DNA of 64,000 nt from Acidimicrobiales bacterium. GTDB taxonomy: Bacteria > Actinomycetota > Acidimicrobiia > Acidimicrobiales > CADCSY01. Shown here piece by piece: positions 51,455-60,449 of the stretch (position 1 is the stretch's first letter; every line of letters begins with the position of its first letter). The notes beneath the pieces are model-generated. The model worked only from the letters and a program-made list of their open reading frames with translations, was not told where the DNA came from and made no database searches. A program made the translations under genes and the position numbers. The stretch is taken from assembly GCA_025463335.1 (NCBI GenBank), contig JAOBWJ010000163.1, positions 14,671-78,670 on the forward strand, read 5' to 3'.

Positions 51455-51921
51455 TGCCCGAACCGCTCCTCGCGATCCTCAAGCTCTGTGCCCTGGCGCT
51501 GCTCTACCTCTTCTTCCTCCGGGTGATCCGGGCCGTCTGGGCTGAGGTCGCGCCCGCTCGGGCCGGCGCCGCCCCGGCGCCGGTGCCCAAGCCCAAGGCC
51601 GCCCGGCGGACGAGCAGCCGGCGAGGCAAGGGGGGCGACGCACTCGTGGTGGTCGAGCCCAAGGAGCAGAAGGGCCAGCGCTACGCCCTCGAGGACGAGG
51701 TCACCATGGGCCGGGCGGCGGGCTGCACGGTCACCCTCGACGACAGCTACGCCTCGCAGCTCCACGCCCGGGTGTTCCGCCGCGACGACGGTCTCCACGT
51801 GGAGGACCTGGGGTCGACCAACGGGACCTACGTCAACGGCAAGAAGGTCACCGCTCCCCTACCGATCAACCGGGGTGACCGGGTGAAGGTCGGCGCCACC
51901 GTGTTCGAGGTTCAAGCATGA
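51454..51921 (+). CDS. fhaB: FhaB/FipA-type membrane-anchored FHA protein
   Basis: Tail of track ORF 50782..51921. GTG 51454 shares G with the fhaA TAG stop. One TM helix, then FHA (VTMGRAAGCTVTLDDSYASQLHARV ... DLGSTNGTYVNG). Confidence 0.8.
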   Translation: MPEPLLAILKLCALALLYLFFLRVIRAVWAEVAPARAGAAPAPVPKPKAARRTSSRRGKGGDALVVVEPKEQKGQRYALEDEVTMGRAAGCTVTLDDSYASQLHARVFRRDDGLHVEDLGSTNGTYVNGKKVTAPLPINRGDRVKVGATVFEVQA

Positions 51922-53156
51922 AGCTCGACTGGGCAGCGGCCAGCGATACCGGCCAGGTGCGGGCCAACAACCAGGACTCCGCCGTGGCCGAGGATGGCCT
52001 GTTCGCGGTGGCCGACGGCATGGGCGGCCACGCCGCGGGCGAGGTGGCCAGCCGGGTCGCGGTCGAGGCCCTGCGGGTCAGCGCCGAAGGCAACGGGCTG
52101 GTCGAGGCCGTGCGCGCCGCCAACCAAGCCGTGATCGACCGGGCCGACACCGATCCTGCGCTCCGGGGCATGGGCACGACGATGGTGGCCATCGCCCGCG
52201 AGGGCGAGCAGGTCGTGATGGTCAACGTCGGGGACTCCCGCGGTTACCTGTTCCGCGACGGCCAGCTCCAGCAGATCACCGAGGACCACAACCTGGTGGC
52301 CCAGCTCTTGCGGGAGGGTCGACTCACGCGCGAGGAGGCGCGGGTCCACCCCCAGCGCAACATCATCACCCGCGTCCTCGGCAACGACCCCGACGTCGAG
52401 ATCGACGTGTTCACCGTCGACGCCTTCCGCGGCGACCGCTTCCTGCTGTGCTCCGACGGCCTGTTCAACGAGGTCGACGACGACGCCGTGGCCGACGTGC
52501 TGCGCAACCACCGAGACCCCCAAGCAGTGGCCGACGAGCTCGTGCGGCGGGCCAATGCCGGCGGTGGCCGCGACAACATCACGGTGGTCGTGGTCGACGT
52601 GCTCGACGACAACGACCGGTCACGGGCCGCCTCGGTCGCCCTCGCCGGAGCGGCCGCCACCTCGGTGGCCGAGCCCATCCCCGCCGCACCGACCGAGTCG
52701 GCCCGGCGCGCCAGGCGCGCCGACGATTCCATCTCCGTCGAGCCACCCCGGCCCCGCTGGGTCACCTGGCGGTCGGTCCTGTTCGCTCTGGCCATGCTGC
52801 TGGTGATCGGATCCATCGCCGGCTCGTTCTGGTGGTTCGGGCGCAACACGTTCTACGTCGGCGTCGATGGCGACCAGGTGGCGATCTTTCGTGGCCGCCC
52901 CAGCGGGTTGCTGTGGCTCGACCCGACCGTCGAGCAGCGCACCACGCTGACCCTGTCCGATGTGCCCGCCGCCCGTCGTGACGACGTCGAGAAGGGCAAG
53001 GACCAGGCCGACCTCGCCACCGCCCGCCGCTATGTCGTCAACCTGCGCCAGCAGGCGGCCGAGGAGCGGGCCGCCACGACACCCACCTCCTCGTCGACCA
53101 CGACGACCACTGCCCCGTCCCCCGGCACGCCAACGACCACCACCAGCACGCCGTGA
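51918..53156 (+). CDS. pstP: PP2C Ser/Thr phosphatase with C-terminal TM anchor
   Basis: Track ORF. DTGQVRANNQDS, ADGMGGHAAGEVAS, LLCSDGL, GGRDNITVVVVD. One TM helix and a Thr/Pro-rich tail. Confidence 0.9.
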   Translation: MKLDWAAASDTGQVRANNQDSAVAEDGLFAVADGMGGHAAGEVASRVAVEALRVSAEGNGLVEAVRAANQAVIDRADTDPALRGMGTTMVAIAREGEQVVMVNVGDSRGYLFRDGQLQQITEDHNLVAQLLREGRLTREEARVHPQRNIITRVLGNDPDVEIDVFTVDAFRGDRFLLCSDGLFNEVDDDAVADVLRNHRDPQAVADELVRRANAGGGRDNITVVVVDVLDDNDRSRAASVALAGAAATSVAEPIPAAPTESARRARRADDSISVEPPRPRWVTWRSVLFALAMLLVIGSIAGSFWWFGRNTFYVGVDGDQVAIFRGRPSGLLWLDPTVEQRTTLTLSDVPAARRDDVEKGKDQADLATARRYVVNLRQQAAEERAATTPTSSSTTTTTAPSPGTPTTTTSTP

Positions 53157-54478
53157 CGTCGTGGGTGCGTCGCAACACCGAGCTCGGTCTCATCGTGCTC
53201 GGTGCCGTGATCACCGCCGGGCTCTACGTCCTGGCCAGCATCGGGCGCACCGCCAGCCTCCCGGCCAACATCATTCCGTTCCTGCTCATCGTGCTGGCCC
53301 TGCTGGCCGCCGGCCACCTCGCCATGCGCCGCCTGGCGCCCGGTGCCGACGGCGTGCTCCTCCCCATCGCCGGCCTGCTCAACGGCATCGGCTACGTGAT
53401 GATCGCCCGGCTCGACCAGCGCCTGGCTGGGCTCCAGGCCACCTGGACCCTCATCGGTGTGGCCGCCTTCATCGGCACCCTGATCGTGGTCCGACGGGTG
53501 CGTGATCTCGAGCGCTACCGCTACACGTTCATGCTGCTCGGCGTCGGCCTGCTGCTCCTGCCCCTGTTGCCGGGCATCGGCCGCAACATCAACGGCGCCC
53601 GCATCTGGGTCAGCCTCGGGCCCCTCAACTTCCAGCCCGGAGAGTTCGCCAAGATCGCCCTGGCCATCTTCTTCGCGTCCTACCTGGTGGAGAAGCGCGA
53701 GGTGCTCGGCATCGCCGCACGCCGGGTCGGGCCCCTCGCCCTCCCCGAGATCCGCCACTTCGGGCCGGTGCTCTTGGCGTGGGCCGCCTCGCTGTTGGTG
53801 ATGGTGGCCGAGAAGGACCTCGGCTCGTCGCTGCTGTTCTTCGCCCTGTTCATCACCCTGCTGTGGGTGGCCACCGAGCGGGCGTCGTACCTGGCCGTGG
53901 GCCTGGTCATGTTCTCGGCCGGCGCCGTCATCGCCTGGCGGGTCTTCGCCCACGTGCAGGAGCGCGTCGACATCTGGCTGCACCCCTTCGCCGACCCGTC
54001 GGGCAGCGGCTACCAGGTGGTGCAGGCCACCTTCGCCCTGGCCTGGGGCGGCATCGCCGGTACCGGTCTTGGTCTCGGCAACCCCGGACGCATCCCCGCC
54101 GCCGCGACCGACTTCATCTTCGCCGCCATCGGCGAGGAGCTCGGCCTGCTCGGCTCGGCCGCCATCGTCGTCGCCTTCCTTCTGATGGTCGGCGCCGGTC
54201 TGCGCATCGCTCTCCGGGCCGACAGCCCGTTCGAGACGCTGCTGGCCACCGGCCTCACCACCATCCTGGGCGTGCAGGCGTTCATCATCATGGGCGGCGT
54301 CATCCGCCTGGTCCCCCTCACCGGCATCACGCTGCCGTTCGTCTCCTACGGCGGCTCGTCGCTGGTGGCCAACTACATCCTGCTGGCCCTGCTCCTGCGG
54401 ATCTCGGCCGGGGACGCCGCCGCCGCGCCGGCCCCCGGGGCCGACGACGAGACCACGTTCGGAACGTTGCGCCGATGA
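53153..54478 (+). CDS. rodA: FtsW/RodA/SpoVE (SEDS) family peptidoglycan polymerase
   Basis: Track ORF. Polytopic. FQPGEFAKIAL, TDFIFAAIGEELG, PLTGITLPFVSYGGSS. Confidence 0.9.
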   Translation: MTSWVRRNTELGLIVLGAVITAGLYVLASIGRTASLPANIIPFLLIVLALLAAGHLAMRRLAPGADGVLLPIAGLLNGIGYVMIARLDQRLAGLQATWTLIGVAAFIGTLIVVRRVRDLERYRYTFMLLGVGLLLLPLLPGIGRNINGARIWVSLGPLNFQPGEFAKIALAIFFASYLVEKREVLGIAARRVGPLALPEIRHFGPVLLAWAASLLVMVAEKDLGSSLLFFALFITLLWVATERASYLAVGLVMFSAGAVIAWRVFAHVQERVDIWLHPFADPSGSGYQVVQATFALAWGGIAGTGLGLGNPGRIPAAATDFIFAAIGEELGLLGSAAIVVAFLLMVGAGLRIALRADSPFETLLATGLTTILGVQAFIIMGGVIRLVPLTGITLPFVSYGGSSLVANYILLALLLRISAGDAAAAPAPGADDETTFGTLRR

Positions 54479-55941
54479 AGCGCCAGGTACGCCGGTTGGG
54501 CGTGGCCATGCTCGTGCTCTACGCCGTCTTGTTCATCCAGCTCAACGTCGTCCAGGTCGTGCGGGCCAACGACTACAACAGCAACCCGGCCAACATCCGG
54601 GCCGTCACCCGCGACTACGGCCGCCCGCGGGGTCAGATCCTCGCCGCCGACGGCACCTTGTTGGCCCGCTCGGTGGCCGACAACAGCCACTTCAAGCGTC
54701 GCCGGGAGTACCCGGAGCACGGCCTGTTCGCCGCCATCACCGGCTCCTTCTCCTTCACCTTCGGCAGCGACGGCGTCGAGAAGACCTACAACGACGAGCT
54801 GTCCGGCCGCTCGACCAACGGCTCGGTCAAGAACTTCGTCGACCTCCTCACCGACCAGCAGCACACGAACGACGTCGTCGTCACGGTCAACAAGGCCGTG
54901 CAGCAGGCGGCCAAGGACGCCCTCGGCGACCGGGCCGGCTCGGTGGTGGCCATCGACCCCCGCGACGGCTCGATCCTCGCCCTCTGGAGCTTCCCCACCT
55001 ACGACCCCGAGCCCATCTCCCAGACCGACCAGGCCGCCGCCCGTCAGGCCCGCACCCTGCTCCTGCTCGACCCGAACAAGCCCCTCCTGCCCCGCAGCTT
55101 CCGCGAGACGTTCTTCCCTGGCTCCACCTTCAAGGTGGTGACGGCGTCGGCCGGGCTGTCCTCCGGCAAGGTCACGCCCGAGCAACCGGTGTACCCGACC
55201 GAGACGCAGTTCGTCCCGCCCAACACCACCCGCCCCATCCGCAACTTCGGCGGCGAACGCTGCGGCGGCAACCTCTTCGACATCCTCCGGGTGTCGTGCA
55301 ACACCTCCTTCGCCCGCATGGGGGTCGACCTCGGGGCCGAGACGCTGGTCGGCCAGGCCCAGGCCTTCGGCTTCGGGGAGACCCCACCGCTCGACCTGCC
55401 CAACCCGGCGGCGGCGTCGATCTCGGGCGTCGACTTCTTCAAGCAGAACGTCGCGCTGCTGGCCCAGACGGCGATCGGGCAGAACACGGTCCGGGCCACG
55501 CCGCTCCAGATGGCCATGGTCGCTGCCGGCATCGCCAACAACGGCGTGGTCATGACGCCGCACGTGCTCAAGGAGGTGCGCGACGACCAGGGCAACGTCG
55601 TGCGCCGCTACAACCCGAGCCCCTGGAAGACGGCGGTCACGCCCCAGGTGGCCGCCACCGTGCGCGACGCCATGGTCCAAGTGGCCCAACGAGGCACGGC
55701 GACGCGCCTCCAGGTTCCGGGCGTGCCCACGGCCGGCAAGACCGGCACGGCCCAGATCGGCAACGGCAAGTCGCACGCCTGGATCATCGGCTTCGCCCCC
55801 GCCACCGCTCCCCGGGTGGCCATCGCCGTCATCGTGGAGTCCCAATCGGGCGCCAGCGAGGCAACCGGCGGGCGGGTCGCCGCCCCCATCGGGCAGAAGG
55901 TCCTCCAGGCTGCCCTCAATGCCGTACCTGCCGCACCCTAA
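54475..55941 (+). CDS. pbpA: Class B penicillin-binding protein (transpeptidase)
   Basis: Tail of track ORF 53779..55941. ATG 54475 overlaps the rodA stop (ATGA). Catalytic motifs PGSTFKVVTA, SCNT, KTGTA. Confidence 0.9.
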   Translation: MKRQVRRLGVAMLVLYAVLFIQLNVVQVVRANDYNSNPANIRAVTRDYGRPRGQILAADGTLLARSVADNSHFKRRREYPEHGLFAAITGSFSFTFGSDGVEKTYNDELSGRSTNGSVKNFVDLLTDQQHTNDVVVTVNKAVQQAAKDALGDRAGSVVAIDPRDGSILALWSFPTYDPEPISQTDQAAARQARTLLLLDPNKPLLPRSFRETFFPGSTFKVVTASAGLSSGKVTPEQPVYPTETQFVPPNTTRPIRNFGGERCGGNLFDILRVSCNTSFARMGVDLGAETLVGQAQAFGFGETPPLDLPNPAAASISGVDFFKQNVALLAQTAIGQNTVRATPLQMAMVAAGIANNGVVMTPHVLKEVRDDQGNVVRRYNPSPWKTAVTPQVAATVRDAMVQVAQRGTATRLQVPGVPTAGKTGTAQIGNGKSHAWIIGFAPATAPRVAIAVIVESQSGASEATGGRVAAPIGQKVLQAALNAVPAAP

Positions 55942-55953
55942 GGTTCACCCCGC

Positions 55954-57906
55954 ATGGCCGACCAGGAGACACGCGTCTACAACGGGCGGTACGAGCTCCA
56001 TCGGCGCATCGCCCGGGGCGGGATGGCCGACGTCTACCTGGCCCGTGACCTGCTCCTCGATCGTCCGGTGGCGCTGAAGATCCTCTTCCCGGAGTTCTCC
56101 ACCGACGAGGCCTTCGTCGAGCGCTTCCGCCGCGAGGCGCAGTCGGCCGCCAACCTGAGCCACCCGAACATCGTCTCGGTCTACGACTGGGGCGAGGAGG
56201 ACGGCACGTACTTCATCGTCATGGAGTACGTGGAGGGCCGCAGCCTGGCCCAGATCCTCCGCGACGAGGGGGCGCTGCTCCCCGACCGAGCGGCCGACAT
56301 CACGACCGACATCGCCGCCGCCCTGGGGTTCGCTCATCGCAACGGCGTCATCCACCGGGACGTGAAGCCGGGCAACGTGCTCATGTCGCCGCTGGGCCAG
56401 GTCAAGGTCACCGACTTCGGCATCGCCCGGGCCGTCAGCACCCAGGACAACCTCACGCAGACCGGCACGGTCATGGGCACCGCGACCTACTTCTCCCCCG
56501 AGCAGGCGCGGGGCGAGTCGGTCGACCCCCGCAGCGACGTGTACTCGCTGGGCGTGGTCCTCTACGAGCTGCTCACCGGCGAACCGCCGTTCACCGGAGA
56601 CAACCCGGTCTCGGTGGCCTACAAGCACGTGCAGGAGCAGGCCGAGCGGCCAACCCATCGCAACCCGCGAATCCCCGTGGCCCTCGAGGCCGTGGTCATG
56701 AAGGCGCTGGCCAAGAACCCGGCCAACCGCTACGCCTCGGCCGACGACCTGGCTGCCGACCTTCGGCGCTACCGCGATGGGCGTCCCGTGCTGGCCGAAG
56801 GCATCCTCCCCGACGAGGAGCTGACCTCGGCCGTGTCTGCGGCCACCGTGGCCAGCGCCTACGCCGGCGGTGCCACCATGGCGGTGCCGAGGACCGACGG
56901 CACCCGGGCCGTGCCGGTCGGCGCCCAGGAGGAGTGGCACGAGGAGCCGCCCAAGCGCTCGCCCACGTTCCTCATCGTGTTGGGCGTGCTGCTCGTGCTG
57001 CTGGTGGCCCTGCTGGTGCTGTTCGCCCGCAACCTCGGCGTCGGCAACAGCACCGCCCAGGTGGCCGTGCCCACGGTGGTCGGGCTGACCCAAGACCAAG
57101 CCACGACCAAGCTCCAGGACGCCGGCTTCACCGTCGACCCCAAGTCCGAGTCCCAGCCCGACAAAGCCCCCGACATCGTCCTGCGCCAGGACCCCGAGGC
57201 CGGCACCAAGATCAAGAAGGGCGACAAGGTCACGATCGTCGTGAACTCCGGTCAGCCCTCGGTGTCGGTGCCCGACCTGGTCGGCAAGACCCGGCCCGAG
57301 GCGGACAAGCTCCTGAGCGACGCCGGCCTGGTCGGCGACTTCCAACCACAAGCCGACGACACCGTTCCCGAGGGGGGGGTCATCTCCCAGAACCCGTCCA
57401 GCGGCGACCTGCCCAAGGGCTCGACGGTCACCGTCACCTACTCGAGCGGGGCCGGTGAGACCCAGGTCCCAGACGTCACCGGGCTGACCGCGACCGATGC
57501 CGCCAACCAACTGGGCCGGGCCGGGTTCCAGGTCGTGACCGCGGATGAAGCCAGCTCGACGGTCGAGAAGGGTCTGGTCATCCGCACCAACCCGGCGGCC
57601 GACGCCACCCTGCAGAAGGGCGAGAAGGTCACGGTCTTCGTGTCGTCGGGTCCGTCGACCTCGACCGTGCCGAGCGTGATCGACCTGAGCCCTGAGCAAG
57701 CCGTGGCCACGCTGCGGGCCGATGGCTTCGTCGTGCAGCAGCAGACGCGCACCACGCTCGACCCGAACGAGGACGGCTTGGTGATCGGCCAGTCGCCCGA
57801 GGGGGACAGTCAAGCCTCGGCCGGCTCGACGGTGACGATCTACATCGGCCGCTTCGTCGGCAGTTCGTCGACGACCTCGTCGACGACTCCCACCAGCACG
57901 CCCTAA
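55954..57906 (+). CDS. pknB: Ser/Thr protein kinase with TM helix and four PASTA domains
   Basis: Track ORF. VALKIL, HRDVKPGN, DFGIA, SPEQ. Four repeats start VPTVVGL, VPDLVGK, VPDVTGL, VPSVIDL. Confidence 0.95.
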   Translation: MADQETRVYNGRYELHRRIARGGMADVYLARDLLLDRPVALKILFPEFSTDEAFVERFRREAQSAANLSHPNIVSVYDWGEEDGTYFIVMEYVEGRSLAQILRDEGALLPDRAADITTDIAAALGFAHRNGVIHRDVKPGNVLMSPLGQVKVTDFGIARAVSTQDNLTQTGTVMGTATYFSPEQARGESVDPRSDVYSLGVVLYELLTGEPPFTGDNPVSVAYKHVQEQAERPTHRNPRIPVALEAVVMKALAKNPANRYASADDLAADLRRYRDGRPVLAEGILPDEELTSAVSAATVASAYAGGATMAVPRTDGTRAVPVGAQEEWHEEPPKRSPTFLIVLGVLLVLLVALLVLFARNLGVGNSTAQVAVPTVVGLTQDQATTKLQDAGFTVDPKSESQPDKAPDIVLRQDPEAGTKIKKGDKVTIVVNSGQPSVSVPDLVGKTRPEADKLLSDAGLVGDFQPQADDTVPEGGVISQNPSSGDLPKGSTVTVTYSSGAGETQVPDVTGLTATDAANQLGRAGFQVVTADEASSTVEKGLVIRTNPAADATLQKGEKVTVFVSSGPSTSTVPSVIDLSPEQAVATLRADGFVVQQQTRTTLDPNEDGLVIGQSPEGDSQASAGSTVTIYIGRFVGSSSTTSSTTPTSTP

Positions 57907-58493
57907 CGGGCCGGAGTGGCTGCCCGGGCCAGGAAGTTCCGGAGCATGTCGTGGCCGGCCACGGTCAGGATCGACTCCGGGTGGAACTGCACACCCTCGA
58001 CGTCGAGCTCGCGGTGCCGTAGCCCCATGACGATGCCATCGTCGGTGCGGGCCGTGATCTCGAGCACCTCGGGGATGTTCTCGACCACCAACGAGTGGTA
58101 GCGGGTGGCTTCGAGCGGGTCGGGCAGGCCGGCGAACACCCCGGCCCCTTCGTGGCGGATCAGCGAGGTCTTCCCGTGCATGATCTCGGGCGCCCGCACG
58201 ACATCACCCCCGAACACCTGGCCGATGCACTGGTGGCCGAGGCACACGCCGAAGATCGGCAGCCGGCCGGCGTAGGTGCGGATCACCTCGTTGGAGAGGC
58301 CGGCGTCCTCGGGCCGACCCGGTCCGGGGGAGATCAGGATGGCGTCGGGCGCCAGGGTCTCGACGTCGTCGAGCGTGAACTGATCGGCCCGGTGCACGAC
58401 CGGATCAGCGCCCAGCTCACCCAGGTACTGGACCAGGTTGTAGACGAACGAGTCGTAGTTGTCGACGACGAGAACGCGGGGCCCGGTGCTCAC
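57903..58493 (-). CDS. trpG: Glutamine amidotransferase subunit of anthranilate / aminodeoxychorismate synthase
   Basis: C-terminal 196 codons of track ORF 57903..58643, from GTG 58493. VLVVDNYDSFVYNLVQYL, GVCLGHQ, QFHPES. Confidence 0.9.
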   Translation of the reverse strand: MSTGPRVLVVDNYDSFVYNLVQYLGELGADPVVHRADQFTLDDVETLAPDAILISPGPGRPEDAGLSNEVIRTYAGRLPIFGVCLGHQCIGQVFGGDVVRAPEIMHGKTSLIRHEGAGVFAGLPDPLEATRYHSLVVENIPEVLEITARTDDGIVMGLRHRELDVEGVQFHPESILTVAGHDMLRNFLARAATPAR

Positions 58494-58533
58494 GCGGCGA
58501 GGGTACCGCCGGGCCGACGTAGTCTCTGCGGGT

Positions 58534-58857
58534 ATGGCAGAGCGCAAGCCGGGAGCGGCCTCCCGTCGCACCACACCCAAGGGCGGGCGAACCACCCCCA
58601 AAGGTGGGCAGCACACCCCCGTCGGGCGCCCGTCCTCCGCCACCGAGTCGGGGCGCTACACCCCGCCGATTCCCCGCGACCAGAAGGTCAGCCCCATGTG
58701 GGTGCCGGTCCTGATGTTCACCCTGCTGGGTCTTGGCGTGCTGGTGATCATCCTCAACTACGTGAACCTGCTGCCGGGCGATGCCAGCAACGGCTACCTG
58801 CTCCTCGGGCTGCTGCTGATCACCGGCGGCTTCGTCACCGCGACCAGCTACCACTAG
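58534..58857 (+). CDS. crgA: Cell-division membrane protein CrgA
   Basis: Inner part of track ORF 58459..58857, from ATG 58534. Basic N-terminus, YTPP, and two TM helices (MWVPVLMFTLLGLGVLVIILNY; YLLLGLLLITGGFVTATSY). Conserved position near trpG/pknB. Confidence 0.85.
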   Translation: MAERKPGAASRRTTPKGGRTTPKGGQHTPVGRPSSATESGRYTPPIPRDQKVSPMWVPVLMFTLLGLGVLVIILNYVNLLPGDASNGYLLLGLLLITGGFVTATSYH

Positions 58858-58885
58858 CTGCGCCCAGCCCCATTTGAGGGTTGAT

Positions 58886-58908
58886 GTTCGGCCGATCTGC
58901 GGCTGAAC
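58886..58908 (+). terminator. Hairpin after crgA (GTTCGGCCG-atctg-CGGCTGAAC)
   Basis: 9-bp stem with one G-U pair, 29 nt after the crgA stop. No U tract. Confidence 0.3.
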
Positions 58909-58943
58909 GCCGGGTTACGAGTGAGTTACACGCGTGTGAGTCT

Positions 58944-58968
58944 CCCCAGGGTTGTCCACAACCTGGGG
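58944..58968. terminator. Hairpin between convergent crgA and the small minus-strand ORF (CCCCAGGGTTGT-CC-ACAACCTGGGG)
   Basis: Roughly 11-bp stem with a one-base bulge, read directly. An alternative pairing GTTGTCC (58951-58957) / GGACAAC (58967-58973) also exists. Ends 8 nt before the stop of the minus-strand ORF. Confidence 0.35.
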
Positions 58969-58975
58969 ACAACGC

Positions 58976-59233
58976 TCACTCCTCGGCCGAGGCGACCAGA
59001 TCCATCTCGTCCATGCAGTGCCGGGGCGGGCTCGGGTCCTCGTTGGCGGCCGTGGTGACCCGTAGCTCGAGGCCACAGATCGGGCACCGGTACCGCAACT
59101 TCACCCGCCGCAGCTCGCCCGCGGGCGGGGGCTCGGGCATGGGGCGGACCATGCCCTTCAGCACGGCGATGCCAGCTCGGAAGATCAGGTAGCCAGCGGC
59201 GACGGCCACGAGCACGGAGACCAGTTGGCCCAT
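58976..59233 (-). CDS. Small membrane-anchored protein with CxxC ... HC motif (85 aa)
   Basis: Track ORF. G/C-rich third positions. N-terminal TM helix, then RCPICG ... RHC. Starts 9 nt after the thiolase-like gene stop. Confidence 0.5.
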   Translation of the reverse strand: MGQLVSVLVAVAAGYLIFRAGIAVLKGMVRPMPEPPPAGELRRVKLRYRCPICGLELRVTTAANEDPSPPRHCMDEMDLVASAEE

Positions 59234-59242
59234 GGCGCCACG

Positions 59243-60397
59243 CTACGCCTGCTCGAGCAGAACCGCCGCTCCCAAGCCACCGAGGCCGGCCGTGGCGGCT
59301 ACGCCCCACCGGTCGACGAGGCCGTGGGCCAGGGTGGCGACCAGTCGCGCCCCCACCGCACCGGTCGGCTCGCCGAGGGCGATGCCACCGCCCGACGGGT
59401 TGGCCTCCACGCCGAGCGCCCGCTCGAAGGCGACCAGCGCGGCGGCGAAGGGCTCTCCCACCTCGAACCTCGCGACATCCCCTGAAGCGATGCCGGCCGC
59501 CGCCAGGACCCGGGACGCGGCGGCCGCGGCGCCGCCGAGCATGGCCAGCGGATCGGTGCCGACCACGACCGCCGCCCGCACCCAGGCCAGCGGGGTGTGG
59601 CCGAGGGCGGCGGCGGCCGTTTCCGACATGACCAGCACCGCCGCCGCCCCGTCACCGATGGCCGCGCTGTTGGCGGCCGTGACCATGCCGTCCAGGGCGA
59701 ACGAGGCCTTGGCCTGGGCCAACTCCTCGATGGCCAGGGCCGGCCGCGGAAGTTCGTCGGTGGTCACCGTGGTCCCCGGTCGGACGACCTCACCCCTGTC
59801 CCGGTCGAGCACCCGCGACGCCACCGGTACCACCTCGGGCCCGGTGCCGGCACCGGCGCGGACGTGGGAGCGGAGGGCCACCTCGTCGAGCGCGGCCCGG
59901 TCGAGCCCGAGCTTCACGGCCAGGGCTTCGGCGGCCACGCCGGCCGGCACCAGCCCGCCCGCGTCGCGGTAGCGCTCGACGACCCCAGGGCCGAACGGCA
60001 TCGAACCGGGGACGAGCGTGGCCCCGAGGGGCGTGGTCGACATGACCTCGACGCCGCCGGCCACCACCACCTCGCACGCGCCAGACGCCACCGCCCGGAC
60101 AGCATCCGCCACGGCGGCCAGCGACGACACCGCCTGGCGGTCGACCGTTCCGGCCGGAACGGTGTCGGGCCAGCCGGCCGCCAGCACCGCGCTGCGAGCC
60201 ACGTTGAAGCCCTGGTTCCCGACCGGCATGGCACAGCCGAGCACCACGTCGTCGACCAGGGCCGGGTCCAGCCCGGTGCGCTCGGCCAGCATCCGGAGCA
60301 CTTCGGCGGCGAGGTCGGCCGGGTGCCAGCCCGAGAGTCGCCCACCCCGGCCGCCGATCGGTGTGCGCACGGCATCGACGACGAGCACGGGACGCAC
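59243..60397 (-). CDS. Thiolase-fold protein lacking the canonical catalytic Cys/Asn/His/Cys residues
   Basis: C-terminal 384 codons of track ORF 59243..60925, from GTG 60397 (60388 is the alternative). Aligns by eye along its whole length with acetyl-CoA acetyltransferases (VDAVRTPIGG, AGGVEVMS, GGGIALG-x-P-x-GA-x-GARL). VDRQAVSSL replaces VNR-x-C-x-SGL, GEPFA replaces NEAFA, LGEP replaces LGHP, and ATAGLGGLG replaces C-x-GGG-x-G. Confidence 0.8.
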   Translation of the reverse strand: MRPVLVVDAVRTPIGGRGGRLSGWHPADLAAEVLRMLAERTGLDPALVDDVVLGCAMPVGNQGFNVARSAVLAAGWPDTVPAGTVDRQAVSSLAAVADAVRAVASGACEVVVAGGVEVMSTTPLGATLVPGSMPFGPGVVERYRDAGGLVPAGVAAEALAVKLGLDRAALDEVALRSHVRAGAGTGPEVVPVASRVLDRDRGEVVRPGTTVTTDELPRPALAIEELAQAKASFALDGMVTAANSAAIGDGAAAVLVMSETAAAALGHTPLAWVRAAVVVGTDPLAMLGGAAAAASRVLAAAGIASGDVARFEVGEPFAAALVAFERALGVEANPSGGGIALGEPTGAVGARLVATLAHGLVDRWGVAATAGLGGLGAAVLLEQA

Positions 60398-60449
60398 GGT
60401 CGGCGAGGGTAGTTCTCGATGACGGTGACACGAACGGCCCGGGGGGAGG

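Noticed and set aside
55945-57813. 622-aa ORF on the minus strand.
   Set aside because: It is antisense to pknB, whose kinase and four PASTA domains are unambiguous.
58858-58975. 6C-type actinobacterial small RNA in the crgA-downstream spacer.
   Set aside because: It has a single CCCC run inside a stem rather than two C-rich loops, and the genomic context is not the one known for 6C RNA. I kept it only as a generic structured spacer.
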